Below, piece after piece: positions 62,928 through 64,000 of a DNA stretch of 64,000 bases. This DNA is from an uncultured Verrucomicrobiae bacterium (GTDB lineage Bacteria; Verrucomicrobiota; Verrucomicrobiia; Chthoniobacterales; JAFAMB01), in assembly GCA_963813025.1 (NCBI GenBank), contig CAWEXO010000008.1, positions 32,001 to 96,000 on the forward strand, given 5' to 3'. Position 1 is the stretch's first letter. Each line of letters opens with the position of its first letter. The notes under the pieces are model-generated. The model was given only the letters and a program-made list of their open reading frames with translations. It searched no databases and was not told the origin of the DNA. The position numbers were made by a program, and so were the translations under genes.

Positions 62928-63797
62928 ATGACACATGTGTCTCAGGATGGCTTTCCAGGTGAGATCTCGCAGGTGGGCCGAGCGGCTTTGCGCGATAAAG
63001 TTTTCTTCATCACCGGCGCGAGCCGGGGAATTGGTTTGGCCATTGCTCGATCGGTGGCTCGAGAAGGAGCGCGGGTTGCCGTTGTCGCTAAGACGCAGGA
63101 ACCGCACCCCCGTCTTCCGGGCACGATCTTCTCGGCAGCCAAGGAGATCGAGGCATCCGGCGGAACGGCGCTGCCGATCGCCTGCGATGTTCGCTCGGAA
63201 CAACAAATCGAAGCCGCGGTCGCACAGACGGTCGGTACCTTTGGGGGGATCGATATTCTGATTAATAACGCCAGCGCGATCCAGTTATTGGCCACCGAGG
63301 CACTCCCGGCAAAGCGTTTCGACCTGATGCATGAAGTGAATGCCCGCGGCACTTTCCTTTGCGTCAAGCACTGTGTCACACATCTGCGAAGATCAGCCAA
63401 CCCGCACGTCCTCACGATGGCGCCGCCAGTCTCGCTTCGGGAAAAGTGGTTTGCCGGACATGTCGGTTACACCGTCTCAAAATTCTCGATGGCAATGCTC
63501 ACCTTTGGTTTTGCCGCAGAGTTTCGTGACGATGGGATTGCTTTCAATTGTCTGTGGCCGCGCACAATCATTCAGACCGCCGCGCTCGCGATGATTCCCG
63601 GTATCGAACCCTTCCAATGCCGAACTCCGGAGATCGTGGCCGATGCTGCCCGGGCGATTCTGATCCGACCAGCGGCCGAGTTCAGCGGGCATTTCTGCAT
63701 CGACGAGGAAATCTTGCGGGAAGAAGGAAAGACCGATTTTTCCGGGTACCGGGTGCAAGCAGGTGGCGAGTTGCTGACAGATCTGTTTCTGGAGTGA
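62928..63797 (+). CDS. SDR oxidoreductase (HSDL2-like)
   Basis: TGASRGIG, PHPRLPGTI, NNAS, YTVSK and LWPRT. Confidence 0.92.
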   Translation: MTHVSQDGFPGEISQVGRAALRDKVFFITGASRGIGLAIARSVAREGARVAVVAKTQEPHPRLPGTIFSAAKEIEASGGTALPIACDVRSEQQIEAAVAQTVGTFGGIDILINNASAIQLLATEALPAKRFDLMHEVNARGTFLCVKHCVTHLRRSANPHVLTMAPPVSLREKWFAGHVGYTVSKFSMAMLTFGFAAEFRDDGIAFNCLWPRTIIQTAALAMIPGIEPFQCRTPEIVADAARAILIRPAAEFSGHFCIDEEILREEGKTDFSGYRVQAGGELLTDLFLE

Positions 63798-63891
63798 TGA
63801 ATTTTCCTGGAATCCGTGGTTAACCTTTTGCCCTTCCAAAGGCAGCGCCATTGCCCTTAGTCTGTGGTTCGTAATAGCTGAGGCCGATCCA

Positions 63892-64000
63892 ATGACAAGG
63901 AAGCCGCGACAGATCTCGCGAGCGACCGCGACCAACATCGTGGTCGCCAACATGATCGGGACAGGAGTGTTCACCAGTCTCGGCTTTCAGGTGGCCGCGC
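63892..64000 (+). CDS. APC-family amino acid permease, 5' end
   Basis: MTRKPRQISRATATNIVVANMIGTGVFTSLGFQV. Confidence 0.8.
   Translation, partial: MTRKPRQISRATATNIVVANMIGTGVFTSLGFQVAA

Overview
GC-rich bacterial chromosomal window. The efp/kdsD/accBC/thiE genes and their style suggest a soil Verrucomicrobiota (Chthoniobacterales-like) organism; this is an inference. The sequence looks like a long-read consensus with indel errors, most clearly in accC and in several ABC genes. Content: sugar and polyol uptake and catabolism genes (three ABC systems, an MFS-HAD fusion, an EltD-like dehydrogenase, two LacI regulators with palindromic operators), housekeeping genes (hisK-type PHP, folP, accB/C, thiE, pcm, efp, kdsD), an RND efflux pair, a VapBC module and many deletion-eroded gene fragments. 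Main signal: two copies of an IS110 (IS621-like) element whose non-coding left end reads as a bridge RNA. Its target-binding loop guides (CCTCGCCC / GTCCGGTAG) match the actual insertion sites. Its donor-binding loop guides (ACCGTATCT / ACAAG) match the element's own circle junction, and circularisation would build a TTGACA-17-TACCTT promoter. The target is the GTAG end of a ~150-bp REP/REPIN-like repeat family, and a perfect empty target lies at 27598. Also present: IS630 and IS1380 elements and IS630-type MITEs stacked in CTAG-containing hexamer repeats, including a dioxygenase gene enclosed by perfect 30-bp inverted repeats; a four-helix-bundle gene bracketed by inverted heptamer arrays; and a VapBC module bracketed by a second REP family. 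No rRNA, tRNA or CRISPR array was seen.
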